Shown here: positions 25,436-39,176 of the stretch, piece by piece | Numbering within the stretch: the first letter of the stretch is position 1 | Layout: each line of letters starts with the position of its first letter | Source: the human T2T-CHM13v2.0 reference genome, Homo sapiens | NCBI RefSeq assembly: GCF_009914755.1 | Contig: NC_060936.1 | DNA: 64,000 nucleotides | Reading direction: 5' to 3' (one strand) | Program-made: the position numbers and the translations under genes | Notes under the pieces: generated by a model | The model's input: only the letters and a program-made list of their open reading frames with translations | Databases searched by the model: none | What the model was told of the DNA's origin: nothing

Positions 25436-28400
25436 TTAGTCCAGTACCTGGCAGATAGAAAGCACTCAACAAATCAACAAATGATAGTTATCATTATCAT
25501 TATTACCACAAACCAGCAGTATACTGAGAATCCTTTGGAGAATCTGCAAAGTTGCAGTTGGTGTGTAATGGGAAAGTTTGAGGTGACAGAGACTGATTTT
25601 GCAAAGGCTCATAACTGACCTGAACTGGAATTGCTTTGCTTTTAAGCCAAATGTTACTCAGTGTTCCAGATACTTTGCCATTTAACATTTTATGTGTCAG
25701 TAACATATGACTACTTGCTTTTAAACTCTCAGCATAGATATCGGAAGATAGTGATTCTTCTAACCTGTGCCTTTTACTGTATTTTTGTTTCAAAGAACTG
25801 AAGAGTTTTTTTTATTGTTTTCATCGATCTGAAATCTTTAGAGAATCCTTCAGGCAGAGGTACCAAGATTGATTTACGTAGGATTAAGGTTCTTTTAGTG
25901 CCTCAATGACTTAAAGCAGTCTCTGAACACTTATTTTATTGCAGTTACTTATTCGGCATTAGGATCCTCAATATTCAGGTTGTTTGTATTGATCCTTAGA
26001 GTCAGGGGAAACATATCTATGTTCTGGAAAGTCTTAAACTGAAATGAAAATGAAAAAAGCCACGCATCTTGAGATTTGTGCTTCTCAAGATCATACAGCT
26101 CCTTTTAAGTAGGACATAATTTAATGACTTTAAAGGGACAAAGAGGTCACCTAATCAGGTGGGAAAAGCATACCTCTGGGTATCTGGAGGCCCAGTAGTT
26201 AGTTGGGTCTGTTATCTTAATATTTGTGAGAACATCTGTGAATAAGTCACTTGGAAATATTTTATTACATTTATCTATCTGTAAATACATAGTTTGTTTT
26301 TCTGCTTATCAGTTCATTCATTTAACAAACACTTTCAATGCCTATTATGTGCCACATATTGTACTATAATAGAAAAATATATACAATATGTTGATGTATA
26401 TTTATGTGTGCATGTATATTTATGTGTGCATGTATATTTTTATTTAAAATTTTAACTTCAGTATGTTAAGTTCGATAGTCAAGAGGCTATTTTCCTCATC
26501 AGAATGGTAAAAGGCAATTTAAAACACCTATAGGAAAGGGAAAGAGTTGTCAAATTTACGTACAGTAAAATAAGGAGGGGTTAACCTAAGAGGAAGGAAG
26601 GGAACTAGGATCCCATCTGTTGCTATAGTATACGTATGTAGTCACACTGTGCATTAAGTCTTAGGAAACAACAGTGGTGAGAGGAGACAAGGAAGAGCAG
26701 AGGTGAGGAAAACCTAGTGCTTCACAGGCAGGTAGACACTCTGGTGCCCCATTGGTCAGTATTCTGTGCCAGGCTGTGCACTGCACGCCCTCCACATTAT
26801 CTTTTTTGACCCTTGCAAAAACCCTGAAACATAATTTTACAGAAGGAGGCGCAGAAACTCAGAAACATTAAATACTTTAAGCCAGGGTTACCCAGTAACA
26901 AATAGACTTGGAGTTAGAACCCAAATCTGTCTCATTGCAAACCCATGCTCCTTCCATAATACAACCTGACATATATTGACTGCCCACTAGACACCGGGCT
27001 ACCTGGGAGGCTACTGGTATTGTTATTTCCGTTTAGAGAAATGGAACACGGAGGAGTAAGTCACCTACCTGAGTTGCACAGTTGGTCAAAGTAGGAAAAC
27101 ACCCTGAGCAGCTGGGGGAGGGTCATTTCTGGGCCTGCTTCTGACTCACATCCAGGAGTGGCACTGGGGAGAAGGAGTTGTTAAACCTGTAAACTGTGAA
27201 GATGGTAGTTTATTCAAATAACCACTAATTCAAGACCACGTCTTAGAAATGTCTTTGTCTGTGGGGAAAAACCTGATTCTTCTCACTTCCCACTTTCCTC
27301 ACCCCTGATACAACACCCACACCATCAGTTTGGTGTTTCCCATTCTAGATGAGTGATTTCACCACTGTGTGTTGACCAACCTTGACGCTCCCATCTTCCT
27401 CGCTGCCCACCATCACCACCAAATCCTTTCGGCCCTTCTCCTCCTTTCTAACCCCACTGCCATTGCCTTAGTGGAAGCAGCCACTTAGATGAACAATTAC
27501 GACAGTCTCTTCACCTCTGTCTTTCCTCACTCCCAAATCTGTCTATCCCACTCATGTCACAGGACATTTGCAAGGCTGCTGGCACTGGTTCCTACAGTAC
27601 CTGTGCACAGTTAGAAGAAGGACATCCTTCCTCTAGGAATATTCGTAGCGCATGGATTGGCAAGCAGAGTATGGACAGGGTCAACCCTTCATCATGCCCT
27701 TGGCTGTGCACCTGCAGGAGTGAATAATGCACAGTAGTGCCACGTGTAGTAACATTGCTTCCTTGCTTAACAGCTTTTAATGATTCCCCAGGGCCTTTGG
27801 GATAAAGCTTAAATTTCTTCACATGGCATACAAAACTGCCTTTTTAGCTTCTTCCCTTCTCCCCCCAGCCTTTTGGGCTGGTGCTCCTGCAGCATGGGAA
27901 TGGAAGTGACCCTAAATATTCCATGACTATTTTTCCTCTTCCCAAGGTGTGCTCTCTTTCCTCTCACTCTTTGGTAATATCCTGTTCTTCCCTCAGTAAC
28001 GAGTTCAGGTGTCATCTTCTTTATGAAACATCTTATGTCTCATGTCTCATGCAGACAGCATTAGACTTCTGGGCCCATTAGCCTCTGTAAATGCTTTAAT
28101 TATGGCACTGACTATTATATCACAGTTACTTGTTTTCATGACTGTGTTCTACACAAAGCCCAATTCAGCAGCCAAAAGTAATTAGAAGGGAGCTCCAGAC
28201 TAAGTTTCTCAAAGGACATAAAGGGAAACCATATCCTCAGCATCCATTTATTATCATCCTTTCCTCTCCTTCCTTAGTCAAAGGTCATCCTCCTACTGTT
28301 GACAAAAGCATTCCTCCTCTGCCCTAGCCTATACGGTTTTTCTTTCCTCTTCCTATGTTGCTCTCCTCCCCACAAACCTCAGCCCTCTCTCCTATTGCTT

Positions 28401-28503
28401 TCTTATATGGATTGCCACAGCTTCTCCATCAGGAAAAAAGAAAACACTCATCTTCTTCAGGCGAAGCCATAAATTACAGGATTATCATTGTTAGGTTAGA
28501 GAC

Positions 28504-28920
28504 TGTGTCAGCCAGGTTCTGCTGGGTTCTGATACAACAAACCCTCAAATCTCAGTGGCCTGCACAAAGGTTTATTTATAGCTCACATAACATGTTAGCA
28601 ACGGGTCAACTGAGGCTTTGCCTCACATGATTCCTTTATCATGGGATCTGGACTGAAGAAGCAGTCTGTAAGACATGCATTCTCATAGCAGAGGGAAAAA
28701 GTAATGGCACAACCACACATTGACTTTTGAAATTTCTGCTCAGATGTGGCATATATCACATATCCTCACACTCTGTGTGCCAAAACAAGCCTTATGACCA
28801 AGCATAGTATCAATGTGGTAGGGAATTATATGCTTTCTCCAGGCAGGGAGAATGTCAGTAACATGGTAATGAGTAGAGATATATTTTCAAAGCAGCAAAT
28901 TGGGACTAATAAGACAGTAT
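28504..28920 (-). mobile_element. Old MaLR LTR (MLT1J/K-like)
   Basis: acaacaaaccctcaaatctcagtggc...aaaggtttattt motif. Confidence 0.55.
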
Positions 28921-29015
28921 GCTCAGGAATACCTCGTATTAATATTGTTTTGTTTTGTCACATTCGCATGGCACATCAGTCTGTGAGCTTACGGGGCTCA
29001 GATGATGTCTCATAC

Positions 29016-29183
29016 TTTTTTTTATGATTTACACGTAATTGCACATATTTATATAGGAGGAATAAGTTCTGGTGATCTATTGTATAGTAGGATGACTAGA
29101 ATTAACAATCATGTATTGTATATTTCAAAATATCTAGAAGAGAAGTTTTTGAATATTCTCATTAGAAGGAAATGGTAAATGTT
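29016..29183. mobile_element. Short L1MA 3'UTR fragment, apparently inverted internally
   Basis: Poly-T plus antisense 3' tip (29016-29052), joined to sense aggaggaataagttctggtgatctattg...aaatg. Confidence 0.65.
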
Positions 29184-29451
29184 TTGTTCTGAACACCTAG
29201 CATATTTTTAGAAAAGGAATTTTCCATGCAAGTTAACAAAGACCTGGGCAGAAGAGAGATCTCTGTAGGGTAGAAATCACACTTGAAACTGGAATATTTG
29301 AAAATTCCAAATCAAAAATCTATCTTTATACTTGGGTGATATTCCTATCAGATTACCAAGCAGGATAGGTAGATGGCTGCTTCTGTGGTGTGTAGTTTCT
29401 CAGAGAAGGAGGTCTCCTCTCCAAAGAATGTTTCTTTCTCTAGATCCCTAT

Positions 29452-30030
29452 ACTACTTAGGTTCCATTCAGGAAAACTGAAACCTGGCAGTTATTTTTTT
29501 AAAAAAAGGATACTGTGGGGGAAGTGAAGAACTATAGTGTCGCAAAGGAAACACTGAAGTCAAGCAGATGATAACTGCAGGAAGTGAAGCAGCTACTGCC
29601 TCTAGAGTTGGGGGAGCAAAATGAAGAGGTTGGGGTTATCGGAACCAAGATGCTCAGAGAGGCCCTGTGGAGCTGAGCCTCGGACTCCTGGGGAGGAGAT
29701 TCTGCCCTTGTGGTGCTGGGCCCTCAAGGATATGGGGCAACGGAGTGAGCCTAGTTTGGGGAGTGTTGCTTTTCAGCTGGAAACTGGAACCAGCTGCCAT
29801 TGTGAGGTCAGAGGATCATTGCTGACAGGAACAGGCAGGCAAACAAGAAGGACCAAGGTCCTTTCACCTGTTCTCCCTTCCAGTCTCCCTCTCATGCCCT
29901 GTACTGACAGAGCATATCAGAGAGACAGACAGCAATGCAGAAATGTAGTTTGCAGAGTCTCTATTCTGGCATTGTATTATAGAAAAGAGTAAGGAAGGGG
30001 AAATCAGAGATAACTTAATAGACAGCACAC
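29452..30030 (-). mobile_element. Old ERVL-class solo LTR (LTR33/LTR41-like group, uncertain)
   Basis: Ends ...ataacttaatagacagcaca; similar architecture to the element at 46270. Confidence 0.4.
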
Positions 30031-31779
30031 TCCCTAATACCTGGAATTTTACAATTTGAACTTTAATCCTTTGGCTAAAGTCATCCTCAATTAAAATAAA
30101 AATGTCCCTTGGAAAGATGAAAATTTTAATGTCCTTCTTTATTGACACCCCATTATGAATAGTTTATTGAAAATAAGAAGAGGAAGCAAGAGATACAGAT
30201 GAGGTATTTTGGCCGTAGCAGGGGCAGATAGAGAATGCCACAAAGATGGTGGAGGGCCAAAAAAGAGCAATGAAAACAGGGGGATCATGGAAGATAAATT
30301 TTACCAACTTCCAGATTTTGCAGATGCTTGGCAGAGTTTCTAGGACTTTGCTGCTCCCAGCAATATAAATGAACAGCAGGGACAGAGATGGATCTGTCCA
30401 TTTGGTCAACATTCAGAACAACTCAGCTCATATAAAAATGAGACCCATGACTAAGATCAGACTAAGATGGAGGGAGCCATGGTTGAGTCACTGAATAATA
30501 AACTTATGCAGGGACAATTGCCTAAGTAATTCAAGCAAAACCTTACTATTGACTGAATTACAGTAGTGCCCTAATTAGTGGAACGCTGAGAGCTTAGCTT
30601 ATTCTAAATTGGATTTTTCTGGTCTGAGGATTAATTAGGAAATATTTCCAGACTTGTTTTATAGATTAAAAAAAATGATTTCCTCTTTATTCTGGCTCAC
30701 TTTTGAATAGCAAATAAAACTAATCTCTAATAAATTTGAATATTGCATTGTTTTCATTTTTGAGTGTCTATCTCAGTTGAGTCTGCATCAAGTACCAGTT
30801 CTGTGGCAAGAACTGTGTAGAGCTGGACAAAGATGAATGAATCATTTTCTGACCTTAAGGATTAATGGTTGAGCTCACTCAAGCTCTGGTTGGAAACACA
30901 GGGCCTGGGTGCCCAATCCCAGCTCTGTAACTTGTAAGGTATGTGATTCTGAGCTTCAACCTCTTCATCTGTAAATTGGAAATAATAAAAAATAGCCATA
31001 TAATATTGTGAAAATTAACAACACAGTATATCAGTGCTTATGGTATATGTTCGATAAAGGTATTTTATTTTTGTTGATAATTTTGATGGAACCTTATATA
31101 TAAATAGATAATTTTAGTATATGTGAATTCTATAAATGCTGATTTTCATGATCCAGTCTTAAAGGTAGATAGTTTAAGATTGGTGGGAAGTTTTCCCAAT
31201 TCTAGGATATTACTTTTTTCTCTTACTTTTTTCTTCTCTTTTCTATAGCATCCTTTCTCCTTTCTTTTCCCCTATCATTTCCTCTTCCTGCCTCCTCCTC
31301 TTCTTCCAGAATTATCCAGATTGCTATCCACCTCTCCATTTCTCTTGGTTGTGTATACCTAGCCAATATCAAAGGTACTGTTTGGCCTACTGTGCCTTAC
31401 CAATAGGTTTTCAACCTCTGGCTCAATTAATGCATATCCTTTTGTTAGATAACTGACTCTTTAAAATATTTATTGATGCAACCAATAAATAAAAAGAAAA
31501 AGGCTATTCCCCAGCCTTTTTCTACTGTGATACTTTACTTATGCAACATGCTCCCTCATGTTTTCCTGTTCCTGCAGAAAGCACGTTAGAATACCTGGGA
31601 GTAAAATGATCCTATTATAAAGGTACCTTAAATCCATTCTGATTTATTTTTTTAATCATTCCCAAGTTTTGGCATTCTAATCATCATTACTGTCAAATAC
31701 ACACCTCACCATTTTGTCTTATTAGGATGTTGTGACACATGGGTGAATAAGACCCCAAAATTTGACTATTGCTTCTTTC

Positions 31780-32335
31780 TTAAGACCTGTCCTATTGGAC
31801 ATGCACCCTTAGTCCTAGTAATGCTCTTCCTAAAGTAGGTACTTCCTCAAAACACTTGCACATGTGCATTTTGCAGAACGTTCATTAGAGCATTGTTTAT
31901 AATAATAAAACTTTATAAATAGCCTAAGTATCCACTAGCAAGACAATGAGCCAGTAAACTGTACTGTCCCATACAGTAGACTTCTGAGCAGCAGGGAACA
32001 TGATGGACTAGAGCTCCTTGTATGAACATCATGAACCTCAATGCTGAGCAAGCAAAGCAACTTGCAGGAGAGTAATTATAGCATGATACCATTTCTATAA
32101 AGTTCTAAAATATGCAATACTGTATTTTTAGGAATACCTGCATGTTGTGGATTATAAAACATTCCTGATAGTGGTTACCTCTAGGGGAGGAGAATACAAT
32201 TAAAAAGGAGGACACAGAGAAACTTCAATTATATTTGCAAACTTTTGATTCTTAAGTTTGTTAGTGGGTATATAGGTGTTTGATGTCATTCACCAGTGCA
32301 TTTTTGTATGTTTAAACATATTTTATTAAAAGAAA
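31780..32335 (+). mobile_element. L1ME-like 3' end
   Basis: gttcattagagcattgtttataata...gatagtggttacctctaggg. Confidence 0.65.
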
Positions 32336-32436
32336 AAGATGTTCACAAGATCTTATTTCAAAATAGCAGGAACTTATACACTGGGGGCCTGTTTGAACCA
32401 TGAGAGTCAGTAATCTTATAAAAAGTGACAAATAGT

Positions 32437-32722
32437 GGGCCAGGCACCATGGTTCATGACTGTAATCCCAGCACTTTAGGAGGCCGAGGTGGGTGTATCA
32501 CTTGAGGTCAAGAGTTCGAGAGCAGCCTGGCCAACGTGGCGAAACCCTGTCTCTACTAAAAATACAAAAATTAGCTGGGTGTGATGGCATGCGCCTGTAG
32601 GCCTAGCTACTTGGGAGACTGAAGCAGAATTGCTTAAATCCGAGAGGCAGAGGTTGCAGTGAGCGGAGATTGCACCACGGCCCTCCAGCCTGGGGGAGAG
32701 AGTAAGACTCCATCTCAAAAAC
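32437..32722 (+). mobile_element. AluS
   Basis: Full dimer; TSD aagtgacaaatag. Confidence 0.93.
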
Positions 32723-33085
32723 ATTTAAATGAAAATTTTTAAGTGACAAATAGATGATAATAAAAATCATGAAACTACCATTTATGAGCATCATGTGTAT
32801 GTAACCACACTGCATGCAGTATCTCTTAATCCTCAAACATCCTCTGAAGTGGGTGTTATGGTTGTCCCCATTTGAAAGATAAGAATTCTAAGGCTTAGAG
32901 ATGTTACTTTTCTAAATTCAAACAGTTAGTGCTTGGCAGAACCAAGATTCTAACCCAGGTTTGTTTTTTCTTTAACCAACAAAGTAGATATTATTGTATT
33001 CCTTCAAGATGTTGTCATTCCAACCAATAAGATATAACCTAGCTATATTATTTGGGGGGGAAAAGAGTGACCCAGAACTCAGAGT

Positions 33086-33251
33086 TTTGTTTTTGTTTCA
33101 TTTGGAGATAAGGTCTTGCTCTGTCACACGGGCTGGAGCACAGCTGCGTGATCATAGCTTACTGCAGCCTTGAAATCCTGGGCTCAAGCAGTCCTCCCAT
33201 CTCAGCCTCCCAGGTAGCTAGGACTACAAGTGTGTGCCAGCACACTCAGCT
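33086..33251 (-). mobile_element. FRAM / AluJ right monomer
   Basis: Antisense monomer with J-type tcatagcttactgcagccttgaa. Confidence 0.8.
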
Positions 33252-33569
33252 TGAGTTTCTAAAAAAAAATATTGCGAGCTGCCCACATGTTTACAATATC
33301 TTGGGCTCACAAAAGGTAAATTCTATCTATGAGGCGACTTCCCTCAAAAGTCTACCTTCAAGCTGGAACATCAGTATTTGTCAGTCTAATCTAGTGCATA
33401 AAATACTGAGCCCTAAAAGCAATAAGAATCATTGTGAAGATTCTGACTTTATTTCAATGTGGATGTTTTATTTTTGAAAATAATTCAATTTTTTAAAATG
33501 TTAGTTATCTTTGACAAATATGTTATTCCAAAGGGTTCCTTCCTTCCTTCCTTTCCTACCACCTTATAA

Positions 33570-35645
33570 ATTAAATTAAAATTAGACATGTATACATTTT
33601 AAATAGCCCTACAAGGTTTGTTTTGAAAAACAGCAATCCCATGCTTCAACCCTTTATATTTGCCCCTCCCAAGAAGCAGCCCCTTTCAACTCTTTTACCT
33701 GTTTATTTTGGCAATTAATGCCTCATATCTAAATAAACTATTTTATTATTACTTTGCTGTTTTTCAGTTATAGCAGAATCTATTACTTCCCCCATAGAGA
33801 ATAAGAATTTGCTGTTTGTTTCTTCCCTACAATTCTTACTACAGTAGATACCTATTCTTATCCTTTCAACGTAGTTATATTACAATTTAATTACATTATC
33901 ATAATGTAGATCACTATTTACATAATGACTATACAAATGCTACCCAGAGCTAGGTCATATAGTACAATATGAATCATTTTCCTTTTTTGCGCTATTTTTG
34001 CTTGAACTGGAGTAACTCATTCTCTTGATTTTTAATTTTCAAAATTTTCTATGTACCTATTACTAATTCCATCTTACATTCTGCCAGTTATTTGGCAGAG
34101 TTTACCTAAATTGTCTAAATTTCAAGATGTTCAGATGCATCATACGTAATCAATTTCATCTTCCTGAGAAAATTACTCTGGAGCCTTCTGACAAGTTCCA
34201 ATCTGAACTCTTGCCTTCCGCTCCTGTTATAAATTATCATCTTGGTATCTTCCTTTACCAAGGATATCCTAGGATTCTCTTTGTCTTTCACTTTTGTGGC
34301 ATCTTCTGTTTCCTGTGTATCATTTCTTACACTTTTTTTATTGTACCCTCATTTTGCATTCTCTAGTGACTTCCTAATAAGATTACGTGGATGATATTAT
34401 TTTTGCGATCATGCATACTGTTATGGGTCAAATTGTGACCTTCTGAAATTCACATGTTAATATCCTAACCCCCAATATCTCAGAATGTGGCCTTAGGTGG
34501 TGATAGGGTCTTTAAACAGGTAATTATGTTAAAATGAAGTTATTAGGATGGGCCCTAATCCATTATGACTGGTGCTGTTATATAAGAGAAAATTAAAACA
34601 CAGACATACACACAGAGAAGATCATGTGAAGACATATAGAGAAAACAGCTATCTACAAGTCAAGGAGAGAAAATTTAGAAGAAAAAACTCTGCTGACAGC
34701 TTGATCTTGGACTTTCAGCCTCCAGAACTGTGAGAAAACAAATTTCTGTTTTTTGAGCCACTCAGGGTATGGTACTTTGTTATGACAGCCCAAGCAATGA
34801 AGTATATGTTCATTATACTGCACTCATTATGATAGTTGGGCTAGGTATAGAATTCTGTATAAAACCAAAATCTGTTTTTCTCACAATTTTTAAGTTCTTG
34901 ATCTTTTAACTTCTAAAATTAATATTCAATATTCCTGCTGAGAACTTCAAAAACATTCCAATTCCTAATTCTCTGTGCGTAACCTTTCTCCTCTATGGAA
35001 CCTTATATAATTGTCTCTTTGGCCTCAGTGTTCTATAATATCATAGGAATGTATCTTGATGTGGTTCTATGTTTACTTATATTACTGGATGCTCAGTGAA
35101 CCCTTTCAACCTGTATAGTCTTGTCTTTCGGTTCAGAAAAATTTTCTTGAATAATTCTTGAATGTTTTAGCTGATTTATTCCTTTTTTGTCTTTCTGGAA
35201 TTCCTATTTTTCAGTTATTGGACTTCCTGGGCTGATCCTCTAATGTCCTTATCTTCCTCTTTTTTTGATAATCTATATATTTTTGCTCTGGGAGAATTCT
35301 TCAAGTTATTTTCTGGACCTTCACCCCACTTCTTTAGGTCACTGTGTGCCCCAGTTCTAAGATTTTCTGGGATTTCGTAGTATAAATATTATTGTTCTTG
35401 GGTTTTCCCCAGAACTGGTTTAGCATTCAGTTTTTTCTGGTTTTCTAAGTCTATTATTACATAGATCTGTCTGCTTGGCACATTCCAACATTTTGATGCT
35501 GTTGTTTTGTGCTATCTTTGTTCTATGAGTGTTCTTACTGTTATTTAAACATACACACCCACTATGCATGTTACTATCATTTTCATGGGATTTTGAGAGA
35601 GACAGAAAAATTGTATGCAAATGTTTAATTTTCCATCTTTACTTG
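33570..35645 (-). mobile_element. Old L1M/HAL1-like fragments interrupted by MLT1
   Basis: T-rich antisense L1M-type sequence (gggctaggtatagaattct, ctgctgagaacttc). Confidence 0.45.
34419..34806 (+). mobile_element. MLT1A/B solo LTR
   Basis: tgttatggg...gggccctaatcc...cagcctccagaactgtgaga...tttgttatgacagcc. Confidence 0.85.
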
Positions 35646-36185
35646 GAAGCTCAAGAGCAAATGTTTCTTAATTTGTATTTAACACTTAGATAACAAAGAT
35701 GATATCATGAAGTACAATTAGAAATGGCCATTTGAATAAGGAAAATGACTCACAGTCCTTTACATTTCAGTAACCTGTCATCCTGATCTAAAAAAAGAAA
35801 CTTTAAAATCTTTACCAAATAGTCAGAACTTTCAATGTTATATATTTGGCCTGACAATCTTCTCATCTTTTTGCTCATAAAATGTCTACTCAAGATTAGA
35901 AGTTAGATATTGTGCTGCAGTTGCCTAAGGCCCAGAAAACGCTCAAAATAGACCTTGTCACATAAAAAATTAATTGGTTGCTTTGTTCCTACTTAGATTT
36001 TCATTAATTTGAGGACATAATATAAGTGACAGTTAACTGTATCACCTTTGCTTCTCCTTGTTAAAAAAGAAATACCTATTTAAAAGTCTAATTAAGAAAG
36101 TTTCCTGAAATATTTATTTTTAAGGCATTAACCTTCCCTTATTATATTATGGAATAACACAACTTTAAACATCAGAAAAGACTGG

Positions 36186-37130
36186 TATGTTGGTTATCTA
36201 TTGCTACATAACAATCTACTACAAAATTTACTGACTTAAACATTTTATTTGCTTATTATTCTTTTGTTTTAGCAATTTGTGCTAGATTCAGCTGGGAAGT
36301 TCTTCCACTGCTTTCACCTGGAGTCAACATGTGGCTGCAGTTGTCCCTTTGCTCAATGAGCTGGACAGTCCAAAATGGTCTCTGTCATTCACATAGCTGG
36401 GGGATGCTGCCAGCTCTTGGCTGCATTTCTGTCTCCACATGGCTCATCTTCAAAGAGGCTCGTTTGGGCTTCTTTACCCTGGCAGCCTTGGGGCAGCATT
36501 CCAAGTGGGCAAGAATGGAAGCTGCAGAACCTATGCCAAAAAATCATGGAAATTACTTCTGCTGTATACTGTAGATTAAAGCCATTCACAAATCCAGCTC
36601 AGTCTACCTCTTGATAGAAGGAGCAAGAAATTCACATCCCAAAGGAGTGTATATACAGACATAGGAGGAATCATGGCCTTTTTTCTTTTTTTTTTTTTTT
36701 TTGCAATCTACCACAGACTGCTGTCTGGCTGAAACTTATTCACATTTTTTCCATATAGAAAATATTCTCATTCCCATTCCAGGATCTCCATGGGTCTCAT
36801 CCCAATATTGCATCAGGTTCACAGTCTTAGATCTCATGCTCTGCATCAGGTGAGTTGAGGATGAAAACCCTTGGCTACAACTCCTCAGGTGTACACTCTT
36901 TGTGAGCCAGAGACCTGTGAATGAAAAAGACAAGTTACCTGCTCCCTACAATTCCAACACATGGTGATGGAACAGAGGCAGAATAATTACAATAGGTACT
37001 GCCATTCAACATGGGGAACAACAAGAAGACTGTAGCAGTCACTTGTTCACATTAATCTGAAACCCAGCTGGTCACATGCTTCAGGCTCCTTCACTCCAGG
37101 GTCAAAAAACCTACCTTGATTAGTTATCTG
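36186..37130 (-). mobile_element. MLT1G/H-like LTR (36186-36715) plus adjoining MaLR internal fragment
   Basis: LTR ends ttttgcaatctaccaca; followed by MLT1-int-like gagacctgtgaa...aagacaagttacctgctccc. Confidence 0.6.
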
Positions 37131-37544
37131 TTTCTGTTTCCTACTTTGCCACATGCCTTAAATTTTTAGATTCACAGAGGTCAATAATGTGACTATAATT
37201 CTAAAATAATTGTACAAAACCATCTGTAGGTAGTTAAGTGCTTCTTGACAAAGTTACCCCTTCCTCCTGAAGTTTTTAACCATGCAGATTTTCATACCTT
37301 TGAGAATACTTGTTTGTTTGACCCACCTCAGAAATTTCATAATATATGTAAAAAAAAAATGGAAAAACCATCTTCCTTGCCTTTACTTCCCCAAAAGTAG
37401 TACCACATACAAAGCATCATTATAAAATGATACTGATTTTGAGAATCTTCAAATTACAAAAAAAGTTAAAATTTATCTATAATATAACCTGACAGTTTCT
37501 GGAACACCCAGTGGTTCTCTATGGGAATCACATGATTTACTTAT

Positions 37545-38640
37545 TTACTTGGGGCCTAGAGTAGAGCATGAGACAGACCAAGCCCTGCCCTCACAGAGCT
37601 TGCAGTCTGTAGGGGGAGAGGGGCAGACAACAAAAATGTAGACACATCCCCACCTCATCCCAGCTCTATTTTTAAAAATTTTAGGGAGTAAAACATAAGA
37701 GAATAAAACAGGGTAATGGAGGAGAGAGAATGAGTGACAGAGTGAGAGAGAGAGATTATTGGGGCAGGAGAGTGACTATCTTAGCTAGGATGATGAAGAG
37801 GTGACATTTAATTTGAGAACAAAATGTTGGGAAGAAACAAGTTGTGCAAGAATCTAAGAAAAGCATGATCAAAAGCCCTGGGCAGTAACAGTCTGGGTTT
37901 GTTTGTTCAGGGTCAGAAAACAAATTCAATGTTGCTTGTTTACAATGAGCAAAGGGAAGAAAGGAGATAAGGTCATTGGTATGGGCAGGAACCATGAAGG
38001 ACTGTGTGGAAAGGTGAAGTCATTGAAGAGTTTTAACTGGAAAAGCATAAGATCTTATTCATTTTTTTTAAAAAATCATTGTGGTTGCTGTGTAGAGGAT
38101 GGACAAAAGAGACAGTGAAATTAGATAGTACAGTTAGGAAGCTATTGTAGTAGTCCTAGAAACAACTTTGCAGTAGGAGGGTGAGAAAGGGTCAGATTCA
38201 GGATAATATTTGGGAAGAGGAGCCCAGAGACCTTGATGGATTGGATGTTGGGCATAAGAGAGAGGGTCAAGGATGCATCTCAAGTTTGTGACTTGTGAAA
38301 TTGGGTGCACTTCAGTTCCTTTTTTTTCCACTTTTATTTTAGGTTCAAGGGTACATCTGGAGAAAAGGGAACTCTCATACACTGCTGGTGGGAATGTAAA
38401 TTAGTTCAGCCATTGTATAAAACAGTTTGGTGATTTCTCCAAGCATTTAAAACATAACTACCATTTGACCCAGCAGTGCCCTTTTTTAAGATGGAAAAGC
38501 CTAGGGGAAGAACAGGTTTTTCCTTTATAAGGGTCCAGATCAAAAGTTCTGTTTTGGAAATATTTGGTTTGAGTTTTTTCTTAGACATCAAGCGAGATGT
38601 CAAACAGGCAGTTGAATGTGGGAGTTCAGTCATTTACCAG
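37545..38640 (-). mobile_element. L2, long fragment interrupted by a mini-L1
   Basis: ccctgccctcacagagcttgcagtct...gatggattggatgt...tagacatcaagcgagatgtc. Confidence 0.75.
38320..38475. mobile_element. Mini L1PA (PA13-16-like) insertion with 5' inversion
   Basis: Poly-T plus antisense 3' tip, joined to a sense ORF2-end segment; degenerate TSD cagttcctttt/cagtgccctttt. Confidence 0.75.
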
Positions 38641-38969
38641 CAAGCCTTGATGACTTGCCTCATCAATACTTTATAGTCTCACTTTGTGACTATCTAACCC
38701 TATCCTTGGGCAACTAAGACATGGGGACCCTCATTTCCTGACAAGTAGAGACTCAATGAATTACCCAAGGACACACAACTAAAGTGGAAGAGCAGGGCTT
38801 GAACCAGGTCTTCTGGCAACCTACACATAGTCCTGTAGGGCACTGCTAACCCCTCCTCTACTCTCCTGCTTATTGTAATCAAGGGGAGATGCAGGGTTTT
38901 AAGATACCATTCTGGAGGCAGTGGGTGTGCCACATCCTCAAAGTGTCACCCATGACTTAGGCAATTGTT

Positions 38970-39176
38970 TATCCATGCTGTTCATATAGTATCCACCAGC
39001 CACATGTAGCTACTTAAATTTAATTTTTAATCAATTAAAATTAAACTAAGTTAAAATTCACTTTCTTAGTTTTACTAGTCACAGTTCAAGTGCTCAATAG
39101 TTACATGAGTACCATATTGGATAGCACAGATAAAGAACATTTTCATGATCTCAGAAATTTCTATTAAACAGTGCTG
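38970..39176. mobile_element. MER3 (hAT-Charlie)
   Basis: agccacatgtagctact...caagtgctcaatag...attggatagcacag. Confidence 0.7.
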
